A stretch of 64,000 bases of DNA from Pseudomonadota bacterium (GTDB lineage Bacteria > Pseudomonadota > Alphaproteobacteria > Sphingomonadales > Sphingomonadaceae): contig JAEWBB010000005.1 in the NCBI GenBank assembly GCA_023391375.1, forward strand, positions 56,165 through 120,164, in the 5' to 3' direction. Shown here piece after piece: positions 32,008-41,318 of this stretch (positions are counted from its first letter, which is position 1; each line of letters starts with the position of its first letter). Below the pieces are notes generated by a model. The model did not search any database, was not told the DNA's origin, and was given only the letters and a program-made list of their open reading frames with translations. The translations under genes and the position numbers were made by a program.

Positions 32008-32669
32008 AACCGGCCGTCATCGTCTTTCCCGGATCGAACTGCGACCGCGACCTGGCCGTCGCGATCCGCGCCGTGACGGGCAAGGCGCCGGCGATGGTCT
32101 GGCATGCCGAGACCACGCTTCCGGACGGCACGGACTTCATCGCCGTGCCCGGCGGCTTTTCCTATGGCGATTACCTGCGCTCGGGCGCCATGGCGGCGCG
32201 CTCGCCGGTGATGAAGGCGGTGGTCGCGGCAGCCGGAAAGGGCGTGCCGGTGCTCGGCATCTGTAACGGTTTCCAGGTGCTGACCGAGGCCGGGCTGCTG
32301 CCGGGCGCGCTGATGCGCAACGCCGGACTGCACTTCGTCTGCCGCACGGTCGGCCTTGAAGTCGGCAACAACCAGTCGATCTTCACCAATGCCTACTTGG
32401 CGGGCGAGGACATCAAGGTCCCCGTCGCCCACCACGACGGCAATTTCCAGGCCGACGAGGCGACCCTCGACCGGCTGGAGGGCGAAGGTCGCGTGGCATT
32501 CCGCTATACCGAGGAGGTCAACGGCTCGGCCCGCGGCATTGCCGGAGTATTGAACGATGCCGGCAACGTGCTCGGCATGATGCCTCACCCCGAGCGTGTC
32601 ATCGAAACCGCGCACGGCGGCACCGACGGCAGACGCCTGTTCGAGGGCTTGCTGGAAGCCGTCGCCTAG
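32004..32669 (+). CDS. purQ: FGAM synthase subunit PurQ
   Basis: [25 protein letters not shown] and GMMPHPER motifs. Confidence 0.97.
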   Translation: MKPAVIVFPGSNCDRDLAVAIRAVTGKAPAMVWHAETTLPDGTDFIAVPGGFSYGDYLRSGAMAARSPVMKAVVAAAGKGVPVLGICNGFQVLTEAGLLPGALMRNAGLHFVCRTVGLEVGNNQSIFTNAYLAGEDIKVPVAHHDGNFQADEATLDRLEGEGRVAFRYTEEVNGSARGIAGVLNDAGNVLGMMPHPERVIETAHGGTDGRRLFEGLLEAVA

Positions 32670-32718
32670 CCCGCGCCCTTGCGGCGCCAAGCGCCGGCGC
32701 ATAGGTCCGCTAAAGTGC

Positions 32719-32795
32719 GCGCCCGTAGCTCAGCTGGATAGAGCACGTGCCTTCTAAGCTCGTGGTCGCAGGTTCGAATCCTGCCGGGCGCGCCA
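32719..32795 (+). tRNA. tRNA-Arg(TCT)
   Basis: GCGCCCGTAGCTCAGCTGGATAGAGCACGTGCCTTCTAAGCTCGTGGTCGCAGGTTCGAATCCTGCCGGGCGCGCCA; 77 nt, with one U-U mismatch in the anticodon stem. Confidence 0.93.
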
Positions 32796-32805
32796 GCCTC
32801 TTACC

Positions 32806-33744
32806 TCAGCCCGCCGTCGAGCTTTCAGACACCGGCTTTTGCTGGGCCGATCGGACGATGCCGCGCAAATCATCGGTCAATTCTCTTTCGCGGGAGAGCG
32901 CACTTCGCAGGTCGTCCACTTCCGCCCGCAAGCTCGCGACAAGGTTCTGGTGATTGAGGGCCTCCACGCACCGCGTGGCATTATGGTGCGCAGCGTTGAG
33001 GGTGGACACCGAAAGACCATTTAACGGCTCATCGCTGCCGACAAAAATGTAGAAGGTGCTTGGGCAGCCGTTTTCGTAGACGCCGAACCGGTTGTCGAAG
33101 TGCTGGTTGAACAGCTCGGACTTGTCCGGCGCGGAGCCGACAGGAACGATCAGATTACCGGTCACGTTCATCTGCCCGAGCACGAGATGATGGGCGAAGA
33201 AGCGCTGGATGAGGTCGGTGAATTCCGAGAAGTTCACTTCTCGGCGATGGAATTCATTGATCGGCTGGAACGGCCCACTGTAGATGGTGGTGTTCGGGCT
33301 CGAGACTATGAACGTCCCGCCCGGACGAAGGACACGCTTCACTTCGTGCAAGAATTCGTCGTGTTCAAAAAAATGTTCGAGCGTCTCGAAGCTCGTGACG
33401 AGGTCGAAGCTTTGGTCGTCCGCCGGGATGCTCGTGGCGCTCCCGGCCCTGAACGTGACCGAAGGGCTGCTGTAGGAAGCTTGGGCATGAGCGATCGCCG
33501 ATTCGTCGATGTCCACCCCGACGACCGACTTCGCGACCTGGCCCAGGAGCGCGCTCCCGTATCCTTCCCCGGATGCAATATCGAGAACATCTTTCCCGGC
33601 GCACAGCGATTCCGCGTACATGTACCGGTGCCAGTGTTCGAACGTGATGTCGCCCTGCACGTCGCTCGTTAGCCGTTCGCCCGTGAAAGTCATCGTAGCC
33701 AACGACTTCGGCATATAGAGGAGGCGGTCGGGAGCTTCGTTCAT
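32806..33744 (-). CDS. Class I SAM methyltransferase with C-terminal coiled coil
   Basis: FTGER...EHWHRY, VLDIASGEGYGS, SFETLEH and LRPGG motifs; heptad-like tail LVASLRAEVDDLRSALSRERELTDDLR. Confidence 0.88.
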   Translation of the reverse strand: MNEAPDRLLYMPKSLATMTFTGERLTSDVQGDITFEHWHRYMYAESLCAGKDVLDIASGEGYGSALLGQVAKSVVGVDIDESAIAHAQASYSSPSVTFRAGSATSIPADDQSFDLVTSFETLEHFFEHDEFLHEVKRVLRPGGTFIVSSPNTTIYSGPFQPINEFHRREVNFSEFTDLIQRFFAHHLVLGQMNVTGNLIVPVGSAPDKSELFNQHFDNRFGVYENGCPSTFYIFVGSDEPLNGLSVSTLNAAHHNATRCVEALNHQNLVASLRAEVDDLRSALSRERELTDDLRGIVRSAQQKPVSESSTAG

Positions 33745-34949
33745 GCGACCCTTGCCCTTTTTTTCTTCTCCGAGGGCGCCGCGGAAGTGGCGACTGCCCG
33801 CTCCGTCAAAGTCTGACGAAGTCGGTCGGCGTACCGCAAGCCCGTCGCGAGGTGGCTGAAGTCCCGTCGCATCCTGAGACGTCCCTCAAGGCTCTTTCTC
33901 GCATAAAGCTCGGGATCGTTGGCCAGCTCCAGCATCTTGGCCGCCGCATCATCGATATCCGCGTCCGCCCACTGCTGGCCCTGCCAGAAGGGATACTGGC
34001 CCGACCGAACGGGGATCAGGCTGAAGTCGACGAGCTGCGTGGTTTCATCGTCGCAGAAATCCATATTCCCGGACCAGCCGGTGCAAACCGACGGGCGACC
34101 AACGCACATCGATTCCGCCATGCCCAAGCCGAACCCTTCCGACCGATGGAGGGAAAGGTAGGCATCGGACAAGGATACGAGCGCGTGCATTTCATCTTCG
34201 CTCAAGGCACGATCAATGAGCGTGAGACTGTCCGCCATGTTGCGGACCTCTGCCTTGAAGAGCCGATAATCTTCAGGTCGCGTATGCCCGTTCTTCACCT
34301 TGATGACGAGTGCGGCGTCGCGCGGCGCCGCCTTGTCCCGCATTCGCCGAAATGCCTCGAGCGCCGCGAACGGGTTCTTCCGGTCCATGTAGGACGAGAA
34401 ATCAAACGACATCAGGAAAACGAAGGCGTCTTCAGGCACGCCGAAGGCACGCCGCGACATTTGCGGCCGCGCCGTCATCTCGCATGCGATGGGCATGTGC
34501 CGGACCTTGTCGCCAAGCGCGGTCGAGATCGCCCCTTCCACAAATTTGGATGGCGCCCAGACCTCGTCGAAGCGGTCGAGTTCCTTCACCCATTTTTCCG
34601 GATAATTCGGCAGCTCCCACATCGGATAAACGATGTTGTAGGCATTGAGGGAGCCGAGTTCCTTGATGTCGTGGTGCTGAAGCGCGGGACCAATTTCATC
34701 GCCATTGAGACAGAAAATGTTGATGTCCGTGTCGAAGCGCCGCGCGGCGCGTGAACGGAATTCGCTGTACGCCGGGACGACCGATGCATCGCCGGTACCG
34801 TAGATGTCGAACACGACGGAGTTGACCCGCGCGGCCATGAGCGAGCGCTGGACGCCGCGCACATGGGTGCCCATCCCGATGTCCGAAAACGGATGGCCGG
34901 CGACTGTGACAGTGGGCTTCGATACGCCTTGGTTGAACACGACCGACAC
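33741..34949 (-). CDS. GT4 glycosyltransferase
   Basis: WEL...P, RKNP, SLHRSEGFGL.MAE and TGWSGNMDF motifs. Confidence 0.9.
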   Translation of the reverse strand: MSVVFNQGVSKPTVTVAGHPFSDIGMGTHVRGVQRSLMAARVNSVVFDIYGTGDASVVPAYSEFRSRAARRFDTDINIFCLNGDEIGPALQHHDIKELGSLNAYNIVYPMWELPNYPEKWVKELDRFDEVWAPSKFVEGAISTALGDKVRHMPIACEMTARPQMSRRAFGVPEDAFVFLMSFDFSSYMDRKNPFAALEAFRRMRDKAAPRDAALVIKVKNGHTRPEDYRLFKAEVRNMADSLTLIDRALSEDEMHALVSLSDAYLSLHRSEGFGLGMAESMCVGRPSVCTGWSGNMDFCDDETTQLVDFSLIPVRSGQYPFWQGQQWADADIDDAAAKMLELANDPELYARKSLEGRLRMRRDFSHLATGLRYADRLRQTLTERAVATSAAPSEKKKRARVA

Positions 34950-34951
34950 TC

Positions 34952-37636
34952 CTAACTAACCAGATCGCGCGCGTTCTTGAGCGCTTGCAGATACCCGTGG
35001 CCGAAATCGCTGTCTGGTTCGAGATAGCTCCCTTCGCACCATTCGTTCCATGCGTTGATGAACACGATGCGTTCATCGCCATAGTTCTGCTCGATCGTTC
35101 GCGTAATGGTCCACTCGAGCCAAGCCTGGAAGGCGCCGGGGGTGGCGTGCTCGAGTACCAGGCTACGGTCCTGACGCCGAGGCGTGTTGTCCCAGCCGAC
35201 GAGGACGCTTCGCAACCGTTTCCAGCCTGGCTCCTCACGACGCATGTATTCGCCGGCAAGCTCACGATAATCGTGGACAGAGCCGACAAATTCCTTGGCG
35301 CGATTACTCACTTGCAAGGCCTGGTCATGGACCATTCCGTGCGGCGGGAACTCCACCGAAATATCGCAGCCATACTTCGACGGGTCTTCTGGGTTCGACG
35401 ACAATTCGAACGATTCGACGGACGCGATAATGATCTCACCCACCCCGATCGAACGCGCATAGTTGCGCCACGTCTCGGCCGTCCGAGCGAACCGCGGCAA
35501 TTCCTTCACCCGATAAACGAGCAACAACGGCTTCCCGTCGATCCGGATGTAGTTGTCGCTCGCGAAATAGCGGGCCAGATCCTTGATGACGTTCAGGTCG
35601 TTCTCTTCGCTGTAGTCCTGCTCGATCAGGACGTTCTGGCTCATGCCGTCCCAGGTCCGGGTCCAGTTTTCATTCGCCCAGCAAAGACAGAAGGGAAAGT
35701 CGGGTTTGCCTGTTGCAAGCATCTGCTCGAGCGGGCGTTCGAGCAGCCGCTTCCCGTCGAACCAGTAATAGTAATAGCAGAAGCCGCTAAGCCCGTACCG
35801 CGCCGCCAGCTGCGCCTGCTCTTCCATCGTCTCGGCGTTGCGAAGATCATAATATCCGAGATCAGCCGGCCTTCGCGGCTGACGATGTCCGTCATAATTG
35901 GCGCGCGCCTTCGCAACGTTGGTCCACTCGGTGAATCCCTTGCCCCACCACCGGTCATTTTCTTTGATCGGATGGTATTGCGGAAGATAGAATGCGATCA
36001 GCTTGAGCTTCTCGGCGAGCAAGTCACGCTGCCAGCGTCCCAGGAACGTCTGCTTGTTCCTGACGACGCGCTGCATCTTCCTTTCGAAACCGTCCGAACC
36101 CGTGCTGGACTTACTCAGGTGGTGGGCGATGAGCGCATCCGGAATATATTTGATACGCGCACCCGACGCCCGGATCTTCATGCAAAGATCGACGTCTTCG
36201 TAGTAGGCGGGAGCATAGGCGTCGTCGAAGCCGCCAAGCTTGAGGAAGGCGTCCGTCCCGACGAGCATCGCCACGCCCGAGCCGTAGTCGAGATAGCGTT
36301 GGTAGTTGAACCGCGGGCGCCGATGATCGTCGGCGTATCCCACGAACCGGCCTTCGCCCGAAGGACTGATGACGCAGCCGGCTTCCTGCAGGGCCCCATC
36401 GAATGAAAGGACCTTCGGAACGACCGCGGCTGCAGTCTCGTCACGGTCGAGTTCGCGGAACAGGGTCATGGCGCAATCCGGCCGGATTTGCGCATCGTTG
36501 TTCAGGAAAAGGACGGTGCGCCCCCGCGCCGACGCTGCGCCACGGTTGCAGGCGGGACCGAACCCGATGTTTTCGGGGAGATGGATCACATTGAGACCGG
36601 GCAACCCGTCGAGGCCGCTATAAAATTCGTCCGAAGAACCATTATCGACCAGGATGATCTCGATCGATGACGCGTCGTCCGAGCGCGCGACGGATGCCAG
36701 GCATTCGGCCGTGTAAATCCATTGGTCGACACAGGGTATGACGATGGAGACCTCAGGCATATTACCCAAGTCTTCCGGCCATGTTTCCTTGAGCTTTCTC
36801 AGGACGTCGCTTGAACCAAGCCCTCGGAAACTGACCGCAAAACGCAGCGCATCGGTGTCGCGGACCTCTCGATCCTGGCTCGCCACCCCCATATCGCGGA
36901 CATCGTCATATCCGTCCCACATTCGCTTGATCGCCGATTTTCCGGGGTGGTCAGTCGACAAGGTTTTTGGTGCGTCGGGTTTCCCGATACGCCCTTCCCT
37001 CCGCCCCATCTCGATGAAATGGGCGAAGGGATTTTTTCCCGCACGTTCGACGTCGGGATAGGCGGCCAGATAGTTGGTCGTGGAAAAGTCGGGGTGGGGA
37101 TTCTTCCCCTCGGCCGCGCCCTTTTCGAGATAGTGGAGCACGAGGTCGGTCCCTTGCGCCTCCGCTTGGGCCATTTCGGGATATTCCTCGCGATAGAACG
37201 CATGCGAAAACTCTTCGGCGATGATCGCGTAGTCTTCGTGGAGGTCCTCGCTTTTGGGCACGTTGACGATAGTCGCAGCCTTGGACTGAGCCTTGCTGCG
37301 CGCCGCTGCCCCGGCTTTCGGTCGGCGGCCCTCTTCTCGGCCGGAGTTCCAGTAATGAAAGAAGGGATTGATCGGGGATTGCGCGACGTCCGGATTCGAC
37401 CTCACATAATAGCTTGTCGAAAAATCCGGGCTGGGGTCCTTGCCTTCAGGCGAGCCCTTCGTGACGAAATGGCCCACCAGATCGGCAGGAAGCGTCTCGG
37501 GATCCTGGAACTGCGCCGCATAGAAGTCCGCGTCGAAATGCGGCGTGATCAGGTCTCGAACATGTTGCTCGACGATCGGATCGCGGCGACCAGGGCTGCC
37601 GGAAAGCAAGCGGAAAAAGCGCGACAGCGAGTTCAT
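34952..37636 (-). CDS. Multidomain glycosyltransferase: N-terminal repeats + GT2 + WbsX/GH99-like domain
   Basis: Four YPDV..HY..G..EGR-type repeats; VSIVIP, VDNGSSD, FLNND and YYEDVDL; then IAFYLPQYH...WWGKGFTEW...NAWNEW.EG.YLEP. Confidence 0.88.
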   Translation of the reverse strand: MNSLSRFFRLLSGSPGRRDPIVEQHVRDLITPHFDADFYAAQFQDPETLPADLVGHFVTKGSPEGKDPSPDFSTSYYVRSNPDVAQSPINPFFHYWNSGREEGRRPKAGAAARSKAQSKAATIVNVPKSEDLHEDYAIIAEEFSHAFYREEYPEMAQAEAQGTDLVLHYLEKGAAEGKNPHPDFSTTNYLAAYPDVERAGKNPFAHFIEMGRREGRIGKPDAPKTLSTDHPGKSAIKRMWDGYDDVRDMGVASQDREVRDTDALRFAVSFRGLGSSDVLRKLKETWPEDLGNMPEVSIVIPCVDQWIYTAECLASVARSDDASSIEIILVDNGSSDEFYSGLDGLPGLNVIHLPENIGFGPACNRGAASARGRTVLFLNNDAQIRPDCAMTLFRELDRDETAAAVVPKVLSFDGALQEAGCVISPSGEGRFVGYADDHRRPRFNYQRYLDYGSGVAMLVGTDAFLKLGGFDDAYAPAYYEDVDLCMKIRASGARIKYIPDALIAHHLSKSSTGSDGFERKMQRVVRNKQTFLGRWQRDLLAEKLKLIAFYLPQYHPIKENDRWWGKGFTEWTNVAKARANYDGHRQPRRPADLGYYDLRNAETMEEQAQLAARYGLSGFCYYYYWFDGKRLLERPLEQMLATGKPDFPFCLCWANENWTRTWDGMSQNVLIEQDYSEENDLNVIKDLARYFASDNYIRIDGKPLLLVYRVKELPRFARTAETWRNYARSIGVGEIIIASVESFELSSNPEDPSKYGCDISVEFPPHGMVHDQALQVSNRAKEFVGSVHDYRELAGEYMRREEPGWKRLRSVLVGWDNTPRRQDRSLVLEHATPGAFQAWLEWTITRTIEQNYGDERIVFINAWNEWCEGSYLEPDSDFGHGYLQALKNARDLVS

Positions 37637-37696
37637 TCGAAACCCCTCAATTCAGTTACGCAACATTAGACGGCCGACGATTTCTGCCGCCCGGAA

Positions 37697-38932
37697 TCAG
37701 ACCATTTTCACCGAATGAAGGTAGGGTCCTAAAACCCGGTCGTCATTGTTTAGCTTCAGGTTGGCAGGGCAGAACGTTTCGGACTGGATTTCCAGAAGTT
37801 CGCCTTCTGCGGGGACGAGGATTGTCTGCGTCTCCTGCGGTTGCAGCGTGACGCGAAGCGGTCCCCCACTCCCTTTGAGCACCAACGTGAGCGCCTTCGG
37901 CGAAAAGTTCTGGAACTGCAATTCATATGACGTGTGAAATGCCCGTGCGAGACCGGGAAGGACGCTCCGCGCCCGGCAGAACCGACCCGTGTCGCCGGCG
38001 CCCGGCGCGTGAAAAGTGTCCGAGTATCGAGCCGTCGTCCGCCAGTCGGCGAAGGCGATGCCCGACCGCCCGAGGTCTGCACCCCAGCCATCCCCCATAA
38101 CGTACGGGATGCCGTCGACCTTGCGGCCGAAAAAGCCTGTGCGAGTGAGCAGCGAGAAGAAGAAATCTTCGCTGAAACCCAATTCCAGCCATTTCTTGTC
38201 GGTGATGGCCCAAATGGATTCACCGTCAAAGCGGAGGCCCCACGGCAGTGGATAGTCCTCAAAGATCGGCTCGCTGCCAAAAAGGATGAACCCACCGTCC
38301 TCGAGAACATGATCACGGATTCGCTCGAGAAGCTTCTCGAACTCCAGGCAATGGTGGAAACTGGCCTGAAAGAGTGCGACCTTGTATTTCTCGTCGAGAG
38401 ACGCGGCTGCGTCGACGAAATCGCCCTGATATGTCTTGATCGACGCATGCTCTGCTGCCGCGCGATCCTTGACCCTTTGCAAGAACCCCTCGTCGATATC
38501 GATGACGGAAACCTCGAAACCGGACTTTGCAAGCGGGATGGCGAGATTTCCCCAGCCTGCGCCAAACTCGATGATCCGCTCTTCCTGGCAGCCGCGCTTC
38601 TCCAGTTCTTTCATCGTCTGGATGACCTTGGCCATCTCGGGCCAGATCACGGACAGGTTCTTGGTCGTCCAGGGGAAGCCGATCTTGAACTCCTCATCGC
38701 TCAATTTGCTCGAGGTGAGTTCATTCTGGACGTCGTAATCCGTGCTCGTCAGCGTCTTGTAGAGGGCGTGAACCTCTTCGAGATATTCCGGAGAATGCGG
38801 GTCCTGGACCTTCGGGCGATAGGGATAAGACGTCGAACGCCACATCTGGAGCAGTTCGTTGAAGTCCTTGGCCTCAGTCATCCTTTCGGAGAACTGCAAT
38901 GCCTTCGTTGCAAATGTCGCAGCGTCGTCCAT
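37697..38932 (-). CDS. Class I SAM methyltransferase with C-terminal beta-rich domain
   Basis: IIEFGAGWGN, SFHHC, EPI and PWGLR..WLELGF motifs; C-terminal beta-strand pattern ending DDRVLG. Confidence 0.8.
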   Translation of the reverse strand: MDDAATFATKALQFSERMTEAKDFNELLQMWRSTSYPYRPKVQDPHSPEYLEEVHALYKTLTSTDYDVQNELTSSKLSDEEFKIGFPWTTKNLSVIWPEMAKVIQTMKELEKRGCQEERIIEFGAGWGNLAIPLAKSGFEVSVIDIDEGFLQRVKDRAAAEHASIKTYQGDFVDAAASLDEKYKVALFQASFHHCLEFEKLLERIRDHVLEDGGFILFGSEPIFEDYPLPWGLRFDGESIWAITDKKWLELGFSEDFFFSLLTRTGFFGRKVDGIPYVMGDGWGADLGRSGIAFADWRTTARYSDTFHAPGAGDTGRFCRARSVLPGLARAFHTSYELQFQNFSPKALTLVLKGSGGPLRVTLQPQETQTILVPAEGELLEIQSETFCPANLKLNNDDRVLGPYLHSVKMV

Positions 38933-39418
38933 CGTTCGATCAAGGCCCTTTTTGAATCTTGCGCTTCGAACGCAAGCCGCACCGCTTCCCGCGTGTCTCA
39001 TTAAAGCGACAGGTGTCGGCGAAACTATCGATTGCCGGAACTAATTGCCTCCTCCGATCTTTGCAACGTCGCACCGCGATGCATGACCAGGATGAAATCT
39101 ACGCGCAGGCTGCCGTGGTCACACTGCAACCCTGTACGGGCTTAGAGTTGATCAAGACTGGCGGCGGATGCTGAGAGGCCGATTAAACTATCGTTTCCCT
39201 GACAGAATGACTGTTTGCATTTAATTCACTGAAATTGGTCGGTCGGCACTTGGTCGTTCCATCAAAGTGCTTGGCAGCTTCTTGCGGATGCGCAGAAACT
39301 TGACATGAGTTAACCTTGACATTATGCCAACCCGTCGCCGAATACCTGTGGGCCGTGTGTCGCATTCCGCTTGGGAAAGCGAGGTTCGTGTAATGGCGCG
39401 TACAAGGGGGTTCTGACC

Positions 39419-40243
39419 TTGAAGCTGCAAGGCCGTCTCGAGTTGAAGCCCTGGGGTCAGAGCAAGGTGCCGCACGCCGCAGGCACCGACCTTGCTCACG
39501 AGCGCATCGGTGAGGTGATCTTTGATCATCCTTCGAGCGACGGCCATCCTGTGATGGTCAAATATCTCTACACCAGTGAGCGGCTCTCGATCCAAGTGCA
39601 TCCTGACGACGTTCACGCACGCAAGTTCGGGCATCCTCATGGCAAGGACGAAATGTGGATCGTCCTCTCCGCCGAACCGGGCGCGACGATCGGGCTCGGC
39701 CTTAAGCGGCAATCTTCGAAAGAAGAAGTGTCGGCCGCCATTCGCGATGGCTCCATCGTCGACCTCCTCGACTGGCGCCCCGTCCAACGGGGCGATGTCA
39801 TTTACAACCCGGCAGGAACGATTCATGCCGCTGGCGCCGATTTGGTCCTCCTCGAGGTCCAGCAGGCGATCGATTTGACGTTCCGGCTCTACGATTATGG
39901 CCGCGCTCGCGAGTTGCACTTGGAAGAAGGCCTTTCAGTCTCGCGATTTGAGCCTCACTCTGACGATCGTGACTGCAGTCTTGGCGAGCGCGAAAGCAGG
40001 GTTCTTGCGACGGGACCACATTTTGGCGCCGCCTGGTGCTCGGGAACGCTTCCCAACGACCTGCCGATGCATGCGCGCGATCTCCAGGTGGTCGTCGTGG
40101 AAGGCGACGTCTCGATCCAGGGTCGAAAGTTCGGCGCGGGTGAAGCCGCCATGTTCCGATCGCTGCGGGAACTTGCGCTCAATGAGCGCTCGGTAGCGCT
40201 GTTGACTTGGCCTGCTCAGGAAGCTTTGACGCAAGCCGCATGA
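39419..40243 (+). CDS. manA: Mannose-6-phosphate isomerase (class I/cupin)
   Basis: KPWG, LSIQVHPDD, GKDEMW, PAGTIHA, EVQQ..D.TFRLYDYGR and ELH motifs. Start uncertain (TTG 39419 or 39371). Confidence 0.88.
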   Translation: MKLQGRLELKPWGQSKVPHAAGTDLAHERIGEVIFDHPSSDGHPVMVKYLYTSERLSIQVHPDDVHARKFGHPHGKDEMWIVLSAEPGATIGLGLKRQSSKEEVSAAIRDGSIVDLLDWRPVQRGDVIYNPAGTIHAAGADLVLLEVQQAIDLTFRLYDYGRARELHLEEGLSVSRFEPHSDDRDCSLGERESRVLATGPHFGAAWCSGTLPNDLPMHARDLQVVVVEGDVSIQGRKFGAGEAAMFRSLRELALNERSVALLTWPAQEALTQAA

Positions 40244-41274
40244 TCACTCCCGTCATTCTGAGTGGCGGCAACGGCTCGCGACTCTGGCCGTTGTCCACGC
40301 CCGATCGCCCCAAGCAGTTCTTGCCATTGGTTGGCGATCGAACACTATTCGACCAAACGCTCGCTCGCGTTTCCGATCGTCAAAAGTATGCGGCCCCGAT
40401 CGTGGTCGGAAGCGCGCGGCATGAACAACTCTGCCTGGAGGGATTGCGGGACGTCGAGGATTCCCGGCTCATCCTCGAACCGATATCTCGGAACACCGCA
40501 GTGGCCATCGTAATGGCCGCCGCCGTCATTGCCGAGCACGACCCTGACGAAATCATGCTGGTCATGCCTAGCGACCAGCTGATTGGTGACACGTCCGCTT
40601 TCCATCGTGCCGTCCAACTTGGACGTGAGTGTGCGCAGAAAGGCATGTTGGTCACCTTTGGTATCCAGCCCACCGGCCCGGAAACGGGCTTTGGCTATAT
40701 TCAGGCGCGGACCGCATCGTGTGGCTCGCCCGGCCTGTTCCAGGTCGAGCGGTTCAAGGAAAAGCCGAACCTTTCGACAGCCAAAGCCATGATCAGTGCG
40801 GGAAATCATTACTGGAATGGCGGAATTTTCATGTTCCGGGCGGGTCGCTTCCTGCAGGAATGCGCGGCACTCGATCCTGCAGTTCATGAATTGGGCGTGC
40901 AAGCGGTCGCCGAAAGCAGGCGAGACGGCGCGCTGATCTGGCCCGACCGTTCCTCGCTCGACCAGTGTCCCAACATCTCGATCGACTACGCGGTCATGGA
41001 ACGATCGGATTCGATCGCGATGGTGCCGCTCGACGCGGAGTGGTCGGACGTGGGCTCGTGGGATGCACTCGCGGAAATCGAAGCCGTCGCGGAATCCCGG
41101 AAGGTCACCGCCGTCGACAGCAACAACTGTTTCGTGCGGACCGATGGCCTCGAAATCGCGCTTCTTGGCGTGAGCGACCTCATCGTTGTCGGCCAGGGCA
41201 ACCAGGTCGCCATCATCAAGCGCGGCCGGTCCCAGGACATTAAGGGTCTGGCAGCCTTGGCTGCGAACGACTAA
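40240..41274 (+). CDS. manC: Mannose-1-phosphate guanylyltransferase (no C-terminal cupin)
   Basis: ILSGGNGSRLWPLS..PKQF, EP..RNTA, F.EKP, SIDYAVME and WSDVGSW motifs. Confidence 0.93.
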   Translation: MITPVILSGGNGSRLWPLSTPDRPKQFLPLVGDRTLFDQTLARVSDRQKYAAPIVVGSARHEQLCLEGLRDVEDSRLILEPISRNTAVAIVMAAAVIAEHDPDEIMLVMPSDQLIGDTSAFHRAVQLGRECAQKGMLVTFGIQPTGPETGFGYIQARTASCGSPGLFQVERFKEKPNLSTAKAMISAGNHYWNGGIFMFRAGRFLQECAALDPAVHELGVQAVAESRRDGALIWPDRSSLDQCPNISIDYAVMERSDSIAMVPLDAEWSDVGSWDALAEIEAVAESRKVTAVDSNNCFVRTDGLEIALLGVSDLIVVGQGNQVAIIKRGRSQDIKGLAALAAND

Positions 41275-41318
41275 AGCCCATTCATTTCCCCGACCTGGTC
41301 GGAAAGTAAGGCACTGTG

